Shown here: piece after piece, positions 11,197-24,309 of the stretch | Numbering within the stretch: the stretch's first letter is position 1 | Layout of the letters: each line of letters begins with the position of its first letter | The notes under the pieces: generated by a model | The model's database searches: none | The model's input: the letters and a program-made list of their open reading frames with translations, nothing else | Told to the model about the DNA's origin: nothing | Assembly (NCBI GenBank): GCA_010093605.1 | Contig: MU004199.1 | Span: forward strand, 1,178,001 to 1,242,000 | DNA length: 64,000 nucleotides | Direction: 5' to 3' | Source: Lophium mytilinum | Lineage: Eukaryota | Translations under genes and position numbers: made by a program

Positions 11197-14100
11197 TCTG
11201 GCGCTGCATCTAGAGTTCAAGAGACGTGGTTTTTCGGATTGCTGTATTCAAGCGTAGCGTGCGTTGACGGGTTTGGGATTATAGACGGAAGGAAAGCAAT
11301 ATTTCCCCCACAGCCTCACGGTGTCGGTCCGTGAGGGCTCGGTTTTTCCTCACTTCACCCTAATGTCAGACATTCACGAATTTCCTTTGTCTTCGGATTG
11401 CGCTATAGAGATTGCTTCATTCTATTTCAGTCGACATACCCCGCGGTCACGCTGTGATTCGCAAACTGTATTACATAGACACACCTTTTCTCCTTCTCCT
11501 ACTCCACACCTACTCCGCCCCTCCCCCAATTTCGTTTCGTTGGGACGCTTAGCTCACGAGCTGGATACCCTGTTGGCTCAGTGGGTCTGTTCCACAGTTG
11601 GCTCACTCATGAATGGAGGCCCTGTTTGGCTCTGTTAGAGAGCTCAGCTCAGCTCAGCTCACGCGGTAATCAAAAACGCAATAATAATAGGCTGCATTCT
11701 GGCACACCTGGCAATTACGAGAGCGAATGCAGTGACGTGATTTGGTGCCAAGTGATGCGATGCACGATGGGGATGAATAGCAGCGCCTCATCGGGGCCCT
11801 CTAGACCCTGGGCGGCAAATGCGGTTCTCCCCAGTGTCCCCCACAGCAAATTTGCATCATGAGAACATCGTACGTGCCACACCGCAACACCATGATGGCC
11901 CCCTATACGCCCCGATTCGACTGATCCGCCCTTCTCCCGGCCGCTGCAGCTACCCGGGCAACTGCACAGTCACGCCGTGCAACCTCCGCAAAGCGTTCTG
12001 GGCCCTTTCGCACCACTCGACTCAACTCCCGCCCACCGCCTTTATTAAGCACCTCCCCACCCTCTCCGCACACACCCCAGAGTCAAGGCTCGCTCTCGTG
12101 AGAAGGACGGCTGTAGGGTCAGAAACCAGCAGTACGACCTTCCGCACTCGGCGAGCGCACGCTTCAGCCCACCAGCCGTGTCGCGCTATAGGACGGGATA
12201 GGGCCCTGCGTAGTCGGCTTCCTGTGGATCGCATGGAAGGTCTTTCCCGCGAGCTTATCTCTGTCTGAGGCGCGCCGGAATTCCTTGCCTGCTGGGGTAA
12301 CTTCCCGTTGCGGCCAAAGTGTGGGGCAAGGGCCGGGAGAGTACCCCAGATATCTCCACACTTTTGTTGCTACCCACACGCGCGGCGCGGGCGGTCTTGC
12401 TGCAGACGGAAATGCAGTGATCGCCCCTGCATCTGGATGGGACGGGTGCTGGGCTGCCTGCTTGCTTGACGGCGCAAGCTTGGCTTTATCTGCCCTTGTG
12501 TGGTACGGACTGGCACTGGCGCGGAGCGGATGTGATGCCATTGCCAGGCTGTGGACGCGGAAAGTCGACCGAGCGGAGTTGGGGCGGTCATGGTGGCCTC
12601 TACTCCCGCCCCTATCATGGATTCACCTATCCAGTCTCGGAACCTGGCATCGGAAAGGGAAGGAGTGCTGTTGTTGGTGCGTGCTAGAAACCAGGTTTCT
12701 TTTCTTTATTTCTGTCTCGTCTCGCTATCGATCCCTCTCGGCTATTCTGTTCGGAAAACATGTATCGGGCGACATGAATCAGAAACAGGAATGTAACACT
12801 ACCTACTCAAAGGATTCGCGGAGGTCGAAGGCCGAGTCGATTCCCCTAGTTTTCTTGATCCGTTGCATAACGGCCGCCCCGTCTCGCTGCTAGTGTGGCC
12901 ACGAAAAAGCAGTTCCGCGTACTCTATGCGTCTCTCCTCCATACAGCGCAAGACGTTGGGTAAGACGGTCCCACCATCTCGCTCAGAATTACCGGTAGTT
13001 CCCGAAGGCTGCTCCTATTTCTATCTTTGTTCATGATGCTAGATCTCACCACCACGATAAGCTCACCGCTACTTCCCATGGCGAAGATACGCGGTTGACG
13101 GCTGGTGGATAAATTATTCCCGGAGAAAGACTACATCTACGCCAGACGCTTCCGGCCAAGCTTTGTTTGGGCGTCTCGATCATTCACTCTGACGCGATCT
13201 CAGTCAAGATTGCTCAGCCAAGCTCGCAAGGGTGGAATCATTAGTAGCTTTGTGGGGTGCAGCATCTCAGTGATGGTGTGGTGGAAGAGTGTGGAGACCC
13301 CACGTCAAACCTTAACGTTCCCCACAATCTGCAACGTCTTTGTCCTGATGCGGTGCTAGATGACAGATCAAGGACAGATGACATATTGCAGATTTCTCGC
13401 GACATACTCTACATACCCTTTCAACAGCATCAACAGAGATAAGAGCATCAACAGTCTCCAGCGGAAGTCTCGGTTGTCGATCATGCTCGATACACAACCT
13501 CGGACTGTCTTTTATTGTGGCTGACTCTCTCGAGCCAACAACGTCTCTCCGCTTCACTCTCCGTCCCCCCTTTCTTTGTAAGAGCCACAGCCCGGTGGGT
13601 CAGCAGAAGCCATCAATCTCAAATTTTTCATTCATCCATACGAAATCCTCCCATCGATTCCTATCTCTCCGTTCCGCCTTCTCTGTCACATGTCAAGGAA
13701 ATCATCTTCCACCACGTCTCAATCGATCAACGTAGTCTGCCTCAAAGAACCCGGGCGCATCTGCGTAAATCAGCGCTTGCCCCCGCCTTTTCATTAAGCT
13801 CAAACACCGGCTCCGCACGCATAGTCGCGCAACCAGGCGCCTGGATTCCGGAGACCGTGAATCTCAATTCCGCTGTAGATCACTCAATAAAGCCGGGGAG
13901 GGGATATTAGGGTAAATGGATTTTTAGCCGGCTTGATGCTCGGTACCCAGATGTATTGAGGGTAACTGTGGGATCATAGTATATCCTGCGATGATAGGAT
14001 CTACCTCGCTTGTTGGTGTCACCTTGCCTTTGATCTGTGTAAACTACACGTAAACGGCATGCCAACCGAAGTCACGGTAGTATGTTTTGCTCATGATCCT

Positions 14101-14390
14101 TCCTCGAAATAACCACAACCCTATTTTATTAACACTCCACACGCAAATTCGACCAAGTTTGAAGATGGTTTTGTCCACGTCTTCGACACTCTAGGGCTCT
14201 TCGACTATCTAGGGTTCTTCAAAGAATTGGCCAAAGATTAACTAGATATTAAATCCTAAAGACCAGGAATCAGACTAAGACTCGAACACCATCACTACAG
14301 CATATAGTCTTCACGCGAGACTGCAACTGCTATGCTGCAACTAGCAGCAATGTCTAGCCATGTTGATCTAACAGGTCCAAGTCACTGGAT

Positions 14391-15279
14391 CTACACACCT
14401 TTGCTGCCCCCCTTCAGCTTCTTCCCCCGATACTCCTCCGCCTTCTGATAAAAAATACTCCCATCGAAAATCCGCCTCACATCATCCTTCTTCATAACCC
14501 CATCGTCCGGCCACAGCAAGAGGTACGTCGCAGTCCCTATCGCACCACAGAGCACCCGTCAGCAACCATCCCAACCCCACTTCAGGAAAAAAAAAGAAAA
14601 AAGAAAAAAAACGAAGACCGCGAGACTCACACTCCAACGCCGCCGCCGTCCCCCCAAACACATCAAACGCCAGCGCCTGCCCCCTCAACGCCGTCGCCAC
14701 ATCCCCCTTCGTCAAGCCCCCCTTCCCCTCCTTATCATACTTCGCAAAGAAATCCTCAAACTGCTGCGGCCGGAACCGCCCCTCAGCGTCATAGCTCATG
14801 CTCCCACTCCCATGCTTATCCCTGTGCACCCCATCCACCCAGATGCGGAAGCACGGGTCCGGCAGCAGCGAGCTCTGCGTCGGGTACGACAGCGCGGCGT
14901 GGATGATGTACGCCCCGAACAGCGCGATCGGCCAGCTGAAGCCGAGCTCGCGGAAGCTGTGCCAGGTGTCGCGCGGCCAGATGACGCCGTCGCCGTCGCG
15001 GTCGAAGAAGGCGCAGTGCTGCTGCAGCACGGTTTGGTGCGCGTGGCGCCCGGCCCAGTTGTTCGTGGTTGTGCCATTGGGGGATTCGGCGGAGGCGGCG
15101 ATGTTGGCGCGCGCGACGCCGGCGTTGGTGAGGGCGCTGCTGTGCGGGGTGGGGATGTAGGGGGGGCGTTTGAGGGTGATGGGGACGGTGGGGAGGGAGG
15201 TCGCGTAGGTGGTGCTGTCGTCGAGGTGTTTCTTGGGGGTGGGCGAGGTCTCGTTGGATGGTTCCTTGAGACTGATCAT
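14391..15279 (-). CDS. Caleosin / peroxygenase family protein
   Basis: QTVLQQHCAFFDRDGDGVIWPRDT (EF-hand), proline knot SYPTQSSLLPDP, DKHGS, EGRFRPQQFEDFFAKYD. Intron 14537-14630; last exon EWTATYLLLWPDDG...FDGSIFY. TATA box near 15350. Confidence 0.93.
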
Positions 15280-15619
15280 AGCGGGGTTTGTGAGTGGGAG
15301 TAGGGTTTCGTGTTGCTGCAGGGGAATGCCTTCGCTTGTGGTCTCGTTCTTATATAAAAGCAAAAGCTGTTGCGTAGAGGTCTGGAGATCAGCTCGTCAT
15401 GTACCTGGGCATCTGAGATGTCTTTCCCGTGACGCCATTCTCACATGTTATCAGATTTTGACGATGTATGACGTCATGAGTTTCTTATCGCTGTGCTGCT
15501 TCACAGCTACTGTCGTGTATATGTTACCTTTCGCAGGTCGTTGATAGATTGTATCGGTTATCTGTACATCACCCTCACTATGCGAACATACACCAGGAAC
15601 CAGGGAGTAACTCTCGCAT

Positions 15620-16070
15620 AAATCTAGCTATGGTATTAAGGGGAGCCAGTCCGTCCGATTTGAGCTCGATTTGGGAATGGTATTAACATCCTCTCTTATT
15701 TGGGTCGCAAGAAAAAGCTAGATTCCGACGGCGTGAGATATATGAACGGGAGCGAGTCCGCGCGAAGTAGACTCGATTTCAGCACACCTTTGCCGAAGCC
15801 GTCAAGTTAGACTATCTTCAGCACGTTATCGACCGAGACCCAAAATCAGACCATAGGAATTAGGCTGATCTCAATGCCGTGAGATGTATAAAGTGGAGCC
15901 AGTCCGTGCGATTTGAAGTTGATTTTGGCATACTATTGTCGGTGCCTTTAGATCGGTCTAAGAGAATTGGGCTGATTTCAATGCTGTGAGATGTATAAAG
16001 TGGAGCCAGTCCGTGCGATTTCGAGTCGATTGTAAATATAATTGTAGGTGCCTTCAAATCAGTCCATCCA
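15620..16070. repeat. Degenerate tandem array with ~107-bp period
   Basis: Core GAGCCAGTCCGTGCGATTT or a variant starts at 15643, 15750, 15896 and 16003 (spacings 107, 146, 107). GTGAGATGTATAAAGTGGAGCCAGTCCGTGCGATTT is identical at 15879 and 15986. Confidence 0.8.
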
Positions 16071-18026
16071 TCTCATCTGTTTTCCACATCCCGTCACACC
16101 TGTTACCTGAAAGCCTTTTCGAAGTGACGTTCTTGGCGGCGCAGGAGAAGAAGACACTGCTGTATTGCATTATTTTGATAATCATAATGGTCTAGTTAGA
16201 CATCAACTCTCGCTCATTCCAATACATACCACATCCCTCAAATGGACGTCACGTGAACATCTCTTCCACTCAAACAACCATCGCCGTAACCCCCGGGGCT
16301 ACGGGGACCACTCCGCATCTCCCACCACCATTGCCAAATCCCCACACTCGCCCTCCGCCACAGCCCAGCCTATCCAGCACGCGCCCACACAAAAAAAGAA
16401 ACCACAGCTCCATCAATCAGCAATCTCTCCAGATTCCCGGAAATCGGACCTCACCGCCTGGGGGCGTTGGGCTCATCTCAACACTTCCACACATAATTGC
16501 TTTTTGACTTCTAGTGTTGTTTGATGAACAGATTGTGGAAATACGATGGATCATGGATGCGCCCGGAGAGATTCCGGTGAGTGAGACTGCAGACGTCACT
16601 AGGGCCGGCTGGTGATCGACATCTCACATAGCTAATGGAAGACTTCAATCAGTGTGCGTGCTTCGATGGATATGGAGCCATAAGAGGAATGGAGAATGAG
16701 GAGTTGGCGCCAAGCTACCTCATACGCCGAAACAGAAGGACGGGATGGTGTGACGGTGGTGTGGCTCAGAGGAAACCCACGTAGCGGCTGGCAAAAAGCA
16801 GGGAAGCCGTTACCTTCTTGCATCCAGTTACGACATACCAACGCCCTGCCACTCCCACACTCCCGATTCCCATGTCCACTAATAGCCCTTTCAACACACG
16901 TTTTCGAGTCCCACAGCATGCTTCTCTCGAGACCCATGTATCAGCTCAGGACCTCCTCCCCTCTTTAGAGGAAACGTCGCGTAGCACTCGACGCAACCCC
17001 CCCGTCTCGCCTGCAACGGACAGATTCCGGTTCCATGCTTGCTTTTCCCATGTGACAAGATCCGGTGGCCAGGAAGCGTTAGCCCCCCTAATCAAAGTCT
17101 CGAGATCCCGTCCCGTCCCGCTGCAGCCATCCCCCACCGCCCCGGAATTCGAAACCTTGTTGGATGCAGCGCTGGTCTGGACAAGGAAGAAAGAAAGGAA
17201 GCAGAATCACGGGTAGTTCGCTTGCCCGTGAACCGGTGAAGAAAAAAGCATATGCAGCAGCATGCACCAACTCCAAGGAAGAGCGAGTTGTACAGCTTGG
17301 AGAGTTAGGCGTCCTGTCTTCACTTCTGCATCTGCATATGTGCATGCACAATTCGTCTCGCATCCCGATCCGTGCAACCCCCTGCCCATGCCCCAGACCT
17401 GTCCACCCCCACGCATACTCGCCCCCTCTCCAAGCGACCTCACACGACGGACGGCCCCCACGTCTTCTATTCCGGCCCCCAAAAGCATCTCCATAGCCCA
17501 CAACCCGAGCCTCCCCGCGCGCACTCTAGCCGATCCGGTCAGCAGCGTACCCGAGGGATTGGATCGCGGCGCCACCCAGCGCTTCCCCGATGCCGTCCCT
17601 GTTGCTTTTGTGGGTGAGTGGGTGGGAGCGCAGACCCCGGATCTTGGCGGGGTATTGCGAGCGCGTATGTCAGGGGTGTTATGGGTGAGCTGCGGTGAGT
17701 TGGTGATGTAAGAGATTGGGGAGCTGGCCAATGGATTCTCGGTATTGGGCAACGTCATGTTGTGAGATGTGATGAGATAGGTGATGCGCGTTCTTCAGGG
17801 TCTACGACTTTCCCTTGCACCTGAGAGCGTTCGTATGTGGTAGTCCGACGGAGAGAGATCAGGTAGGTTGGAGTCGGGGCTAGGTGCTTTGCGTGCAGCG
17901 CAGGCCCTGGGTCGGCTGGATCAGCCCAGAACAAGGCTCAGCGGCTCGTTCTCGCTGTCTGCAAGACGGGTTTCGAAGCGTGCTTGCGCTGGCATGGTAT
18001 GGACTGCCGGTATCTGCATCTGATAC

Positions 18027-19619
18027 TCATCCTGCGGGCATCTCGCTCCGTCCCGCAGCCGCGTCGGCCCCCTGCGCAGTGTGTGAGGGAGGTACAGCAG
18101 GTGCGCTGGGTTGCTGTTCGATGATGAGGAGGCCTTCAGCAGCAACGTCGTCATCTTCCGCCCAACCGTAAAGCTGGTCTGAGTCAGGACCGTCCTCTTC
18201 ATCCTCCGAGTCAGCAATTTCTGCGAATGCGCGTTTCGGTGGCCGAACCGCTTGCGCAAGCGACGTCCCAACAGTCTGCGGTTGAGGTTGCGGTGTGATA
18301 TCAGCCGTTGTGAGATTGAGGTCGTGCAGACCGGCCTGGGTTCCTGCGTATCAGCGGGTGATCTACGTTGTGACGTGCATGCGAACTGCTCCGTGCTACA
18401 TGAAGCGGGTTCGCGAGGAAGAGATGCTGCATGGCGGCATGGGAAGATATATTGACATACCGTCTCGATCGTGAAGGGTATAACCCTGCCAACGCCCCCT
18501 TCACCTGCTAGGCTCACGCCGTTCGCTTTCACGACTCCAATGAATCGGGCTCGCCGCATCCGGTCGTCGTCTTCAGCGCTCCATGGGCCTTCCACAGGCA
18601 GCCAGTCTCGGAACAGTACCAGGCGTGTGGATATCCCGCTATCCCAGTCCCCACCGGACATAGCCGGGAGAAGCAGTGCTCTCGCTCCGCTTCGCATGCG
18701 AGTGATTGTTTGACATGTGAGGAGCACAGAATTGTTGTGCAACGCGGCAGTCTTTCTGAGCGCGGAAGAGAGGTCATTCAGCACGGCAAACTTGCGCCCT
18801 GCAGCCCAGCGAACGGCATCGTTCTTGTTGCGGGTGGATCTGTCATCAGCATTGCGCGGATATGCATTATCGAACAGGGTGGAGAGCGAGTCGATCACGA
18901 TTAAACTGGTGTCGGGGGGTGGGAAAGAGGAAGGAGGATGAATTATTAGCGCAAGTAGATGAGCAAGTGTTGACGGCTTGTAATGGTGGAAACGATTTCG
19001 AAGCTCTGCTGAGGACAGCTTTGGAGCCGTTGATGGGATTGAACTGGGAGTTTCGTCCGTTGGAGGAGCGGATAATAATTCTTCGAGACGGCGGGCAACA
19101 AGTGGAGCAGCGCCATCTGTTGGCTTTTGTTAGCTTTAAACCTCTATCTGGCCAAGGGAATTTGTATCCTGTTGATATGCTGTAGATTGTAAACTCACCA
19201 ATCCATACTACTCTTCCTCCTGCTCTTAAAGCATTGACTGCTGCTTGCATCCTGTCCAAAGTTTAGGTCTCGCCATTCGTGGTATATCTTTGTCGTACCA
19301 GCCATGAACTCACGCAAATGCAGTCTTCCCAACTCCCGGAGGCCCATACACCTCGGTCAGTTGTCCTCGTCCCATGCCACCTCCGACGCGACTTGCTGGT
19401 GTGCCTCCAGTGCCATGAGGTGCCAGCACCTTATTCAGCGGATCGATACCGGTCGAAACGGCGAGATAGGAGCGCGACTTTAATTTCTGGAGGGCTTGAG
19501 ATGCGGAAACAGTTGGGAGTCTATCTATACATATGTCAGCGTTTATGTGGAGATGAAGGTAGATGAGGTTGCCAACGTGAAGAGGATGCGCTCAGCTTGG
19601 TGCTTTCCTGGCTGGCCAT
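18027..19619 (-). CDS. rad55: RecA/Rad51 paralog, Rad55-like DNA repair protein (multi-exon)
   Basis: Spliced N-terminus HRLPTVSASQALQ; Walker A TEVYGPPGVGKTAF; AVNALRAGGRVVWID; Walker B LIVIDSLSTLF; acidic C-terminus KRAFAEIADSEDEE...YGW. Confidence 0.85.
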
Positions 19620-19633
19620 TGGCGGCGAACTGG

Positions 19634-19723
19634 CGCGTCACATTTGCGATTGAAGCAGAGAAATCGCGTGTAAAACTGTGCTGAGGTCGTGGAGCGGCAT
19701 GTCGCGTGTGGGCGTAGACGCGT
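19634..19723. promoter_or_regulatory. MCB-like (ACGCG/ACGCGT) element cluster upstream of rad55
   Basis: CGCGT at 19634, 19665 and 19703, plus a full ACGCGT at 19718, all within 105 bp of the start codon of a DNA-repair gene. Confidence 0.5.
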
Positions 19724-20175
19724 GGTAAGGTGATGTCGTGCAGTCGGCTTGGCGGCGAGAAAATCCGCAGCTTCATTGGTGTTGAAATTTCCAACCGCAC
19801 CCATCTCAACATCACGCCTTTCCAAGCAGCCACATCCAGAACATCATCTTCTCGAGTTCAGTGGGTATATGCTCTCATTTTACCAAACTGGGTCTCTGTA
19901 GGATTAGCTGAGCCGCCCGAATGAGACACAATTGGTCGTCTACAGGTGGTACGACGAGCAGCATTTTCATCCACAGTGCAAACGAAAGCGGAATCGATCG
20001 CGGAGTTTCGGAGATCTCCAACTTTTTGTCCCGCTAGATGCGAGCTAGTCACTTACTCATCACATTGATGTGATAAATACCCGTATGACTCAGTGTAGAA
20101 TCCTTCAAGAAAAGCTCCATTGCGCCTTCAATCTTTCATGAAGGTTATTCATCTCTCAACTAAACTACCGTCAAC

Positions 20176-21620
20176 ATGGATATCATCCGTGTCATCTTCT
20201 CATTTACTCCCGTTTCTTACGGGTTTGCTCTTCTCTCGTTGCTAATTCCCGTCATCCTTTTGCGGGTATTCCAGAGTCAAAAAGGTTACGCGACGCAATT
20301 ATCTCCAGAGAGTTGCCGAAGAATAGGTCTCCGAGGGCGAAGCAATCTTGCTGACCACCAAGATTCAAGATATAGCAGCGGGAGTGACCCTGGTATCTCC
20401 CCCGATGGCTCACCGTTGTGGAAGGTCAAAGCCTTGTTCATATACCCTATCAAAAGCTGTCGCGGGATAGAAATGGATCACGGAGAAATCATCAGAACAG
20501 GGATGAAGTATGATCGGCAATTCTGCTTCGCCCAGCAAGTCACCAGTTTGCCATCATCGGAAGAGAACAAAGACGGCTCACACACTGTCAAGTCCGAGTG
20601 GAACTTCATTACTCAAAGGACCTTCGCACGCATGGCAAAAGTAGAGACCGAGGTCTGGATACCAGATCCAAGTTTGCCGAGCTACTCTCCGCACGCAGAA
20701 TTCGTGAAGAGCGAAGGCTGTATCGTTATGAGATTTCCCTTCTCTCCAGACGTGGATCTCAGCTGGGGTGGAGTCAAAGCGCTTGCTAGCATGTTTGCCG
20801 CCAAATTTTGTGGTCAACCGGAACCTAGTGTCGAACTGCGTATCCCGTTCAACCCGTCCTCAGATCGAATCAACGAAAAAGGATATACGAGCGAGAAGAT
20901 GAAGATCTGGAAAGACGCCCCAGAAGCACTGAACATGGGGGTGGAAGTACCAGAAGACGTCATGGCTAAGCTGAAGTACTCTCTGGGGGTTACAAATCCG
21001 CTTACGCTATTTCGAATTGATACTCAGAAGTACCGCGAAGTCTTCAAATGCGCCCCGAAGAAACAGGATGTGGGGTACCAAACCATCATAGGAATGGCCG
21101 ATTCGGTATGCTTCTTTTGATTACAATCTCCTAATCCATCTAACTTTTTTCAGTATCCATTACACATAATGAATCTAGCGAGTGTTCATGACATTGCTTC
21201 TAAGATCCCAGAAGGGTACTATAAGGAGTTCAACCCGCTCCGCTATCGGGCCAACGTTTATAGTAAGTAACATACAGCTTCTATGACTTGGCATTCATAC
21301 TCACCTTCCTACTCTTAGTAACTGGTCCACCTGCGTTCTCAGAGGACTCGTGGGCTAAAGCCCGCATCGGGGATTGTAACTATCATATCTCCTGCAGGAC
21401 GACCCGCTGCAAACTACCAAACGTGGACCCCAAAACTGCTGTCAGAGATCGTGTTGAGCCTGAAAGAACGATGAGAAGCTACCGTGTCATTGATAAGGGG
21501 AGTAATAGTGCGTGCCTTGGTATGCAAGTCACGCCGCTGGTCGAGGGGACGGGTGCAATCAGTGTCGGCGATGAGGTAAAACTTCTTGAGCAAGGCGAAC
21601 ATTTCTTCTTGAAGGTCTAG
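20176..21620 (+). CDS. MOSC-domain (mARC-like) protein with N-terminal membrane anchor
   Basis: LFIYPIKSCRGIE, GMKYDRQFCFA, ADSYPLHIMNLASV, RYRANVYITG, CRTTRCKLPNVDP. Introns 21106-21153 and 21263-21318. Confidence 0.93.
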
Positions 21621-22396
21621 AAGTCATTTGGGATCGAGAATCATGTGTTTACACAATGTGGATTGCGACAATTTGATACCGCTCATTGATCTTTTGATAC
21701 TGTGAGTGGGCTGGTTTTGATTTGCCCAGGGGTGTATCCCAGCCTATAAAACTATGTCGAAACTCTAACAGAAGGTCTGCGATCCAGACCGTTAAGTTTT
21801 TAAAATAGTGATGTCACTCGGTAGCTTGAGTTCTAGTATAGCCCCTTGAGCTTTTGACATCGTGTATGCATCAGTTTCGGTTGGCCCAGGGGTGTATCTC
21901 ACACGTTAATGCTGCGTCAAAACCTTCATATAAGGAGTACAATCTAGACCATCTAGATAAGAGATATACTAGGACTACCTTCATATCTACATAGAAGCTC
22001 GCCTTTCCGTTCAGGACGTATATATCAAGAGCAAGCTTATAGTTGCTTAGGCAGGAACGTATCGTAGTGAAACGCCCCTGGGTATGCCTAAGAATCGCAC
22101 CTAACAATGTCATAGATACGAGCTTGTGACTTAAGACTGTGGACATCTAGAAATCCCCGCGCCTCACCCGACTTCTCCGCCTTCCTGAACCGCAATTCAC
22201 TATAAACTGACAGCCGAGTATAGCCTCTTAGGCAGGTTTCCCGCCAGGCAAGTATAAGGGCTATGCCGATGGAATCATCAAGAAGGTATTTATATTCACT
22301 ATTTTGACCCTGACGACCTGCCTCCTCCGCGCTCTTGTTGAGTACTTAAACTCCCTCCGTCCCTTCGTAAGGTCTGCCGCCCTCACTCACAACCTA

Positions 22397-22487
22397 CAAC
22401 CTCACCAGACAACTTTACCTTACAACCTCACCTCAAAACCTCACCTTGCAAGCTCACCTTGTAATCTTACCTTACAGCCTTACCAGG
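22397..22487 (+). repeat. 13-bp minisatellite, 7 copies (consensus CAACCTCACCTTR), in predicted 5' UTR
   Basis: caacctcaccaga|caactttacctta|caacctcacctca|aaacctcaccttg|caagctcaccttg|taatcttacctta|cagccttaccagg. Confidence 0.8.
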
Positions 22488-22524
22488 AACAACACCAAGC
22501 CGACAACCAACGTCACAGATCGCA

Positions 22525-23765
22525 ATGGCAGGCGATGAGATTGGCGAGGCTGAGAAGCTGGTGAAATGCAATGCATCTCCTACCTCAACTTCTCCTCCTC
22601 CTAGGTCTATTCCGTCCAACGGATCCCCCTCAACCCCTCCTCTCTCCACTGCCGATACCTCTTCTACTCCTCCTCCTTCCAAATCTGAGCCATCCAACTC
22701 ACTTCCTTCCAACCCTCCTACTTCCGACCCCGATACCTCTACAGGCGGACATGCCTCACCTACTCCGCCGACCCTACACGAGGAGTTGCAGACTGCCACG
22801 GATTTGCTAGAAGATCAAGAGCAAGATGAGGTGAATAACTTCAAGCTCCTCACAGAAGTCCGCAAAGAATACCGTTCCCTTGGGGTTGACCTTCGCGTGA
22901 AGGAGCCAAACGAAGGAGCATTGGTTGGCGCAGACAAGCAGGCCGTGGTGGATCGCCGTGGAGAGCTTCAGAAGCTCAGGGATGTGTATGAGAAGGAAGC
23001 GGCAAGGATTGCGAAGCATAAGCAAAAGCTGAGGGAGAGGAAGCAGGTAAGAACCCCGTCCCGTTGTGCCACAGTAACCTATCATGACTCTTGTAGCGCC
23101 TCCTGAACCAGATCCGAGCTCGCGATAGAGAGGAGACCTCCTCGTCTGCCAACACACGTCGCGTTCGAGCAGATCCGCCAACAAAGGGCCTGCAGAGGGC
23201 TCGAAGCGCCTCACCAACCCGAGAGAAGGCAGAGACGACTGTGGAGCACCCCAAAAACGACAATGAGGAGCAAGAGACCCAGGGGGTAGAGACGGCTGCA
23301 GAGCACCCTCAAGACGACAAAGAGGAGCAAGTGGGTGAGGAGGTAGACAGCACCAAGAAGCCGGAAGTGATGCCGAAAGTGATGCCAAAAGAGAAGCCGT
23401 TCGTCGACTGCTTCCTACGTCGCCCGAGACCCGCCGAGAAACTCAACGGTCACTTCGACGACCCTCATGCACTAAATGTGGTCGAAACCTTGGACGAATA
23501 CCCTACCGTGGTATGCTTCCAGAATGAGTGGCGCGAATTACGTTGCCCGCAGTGCAACGGTAATTGTGTTGAGTCGAGTGGTGAGAGCTGGATCGATGGC
23601 TTGGACGGATTCAGGAAGCACCTCAACAATGCACACGGCCTCAACATTCCAGTCAAGCAGATTCCTATCCGCTGCTTGTCTCGGGTGTTCACGTTCGTCG
23701 AGGTCGGCAAGCTCATGCGCGGGGAGGAAGGCGCCCCCTACATCCGCCAGGATTATTGCATCTAG
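22525..23765 (+). CDS. Hypothetical protein: Pro/Ser-rich N-terminus, coiled coil, C-terminal atypical CxxC...HxxxH domain; paralog of 1981..2748
   Basis: Two ORFs are joined in frame by a phase-0 intron 23047-23096 (GTAAGA...TAG). Motif YPTVVCFQNEWRELRCPQC-x21-HLNNAHG. Internal 19-aa tandem duplication (ETTVEHPKNDNEEQ / ETAAEHPQDDKEEQ). Confidence 0.78.
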
Positions 23766-24309
23766 GTAGGACAGCTTCACTGGGGACATATCCAGAGAGC
23801 TAATTGGTAGTGTTTCGGCCTTGTTGTGTGCTGGGATACGTATGGCTCGGAGTGGGTGTCTTTAGCAGTATTTAGCTTGGGGGTCCTCGGAGGGTCTCTG
23901 TGGTAGCAAATTACTAGACACCTAATTCTCTCCTATGTGATTTGCAGTATCCGCGTGAACGTTTTGATGGAGCCTTGGAGGATGGAATACCCCCTGAGCA
24001 AATCAAAGCAGCACCTACACGATGTTAAATGCTCGAGGGGCTATACTGAAACCATTAAACGGCTGAGTTGTATTTCCATGTTATAGACGTAAGGGTCTAG
24101 ATTTTAATTCTTCTGTAAGCGTTTTGATACTGCAATAGAAGACTGATTACCCCCCTGGGCCAAATAAAAAATAATCCTTACAAGATGCTAAAATATTCAA
24201 GACCTAGGTTAGTTCTCTAGAGCCATGGAGCCACGTTATTAGGCAGACAACTAAGCGGTATAAATCGCGGCTGTTCCGTAAACGTTTTGGCACAGCAGTA
24301 GATCATAAT

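Larger units (their letters stand above)
21675..24200. mobile_element. Putative non-autonomous long-TIR (Mutator/foldback-like) element carrying an orphan gene
   Basis: About 21690-21935 is the degenerate reverse complement of about 23950-24190. Example: AGTATAGCCCCTTGAGCTTTTGACATCGTGTA versus TACACGATGTTAAATGCTCGAGGGGCTATACT. Each arm carries a CCCAGGGG-type motif twice, 160-161 bp apart. No transposase or target-site duplication was seen. Confidence 0.6.

Noticed and set aside
11640..11662. (AGCTC)4 pentamer run
   Set aside because: Ordinary microsatellite.
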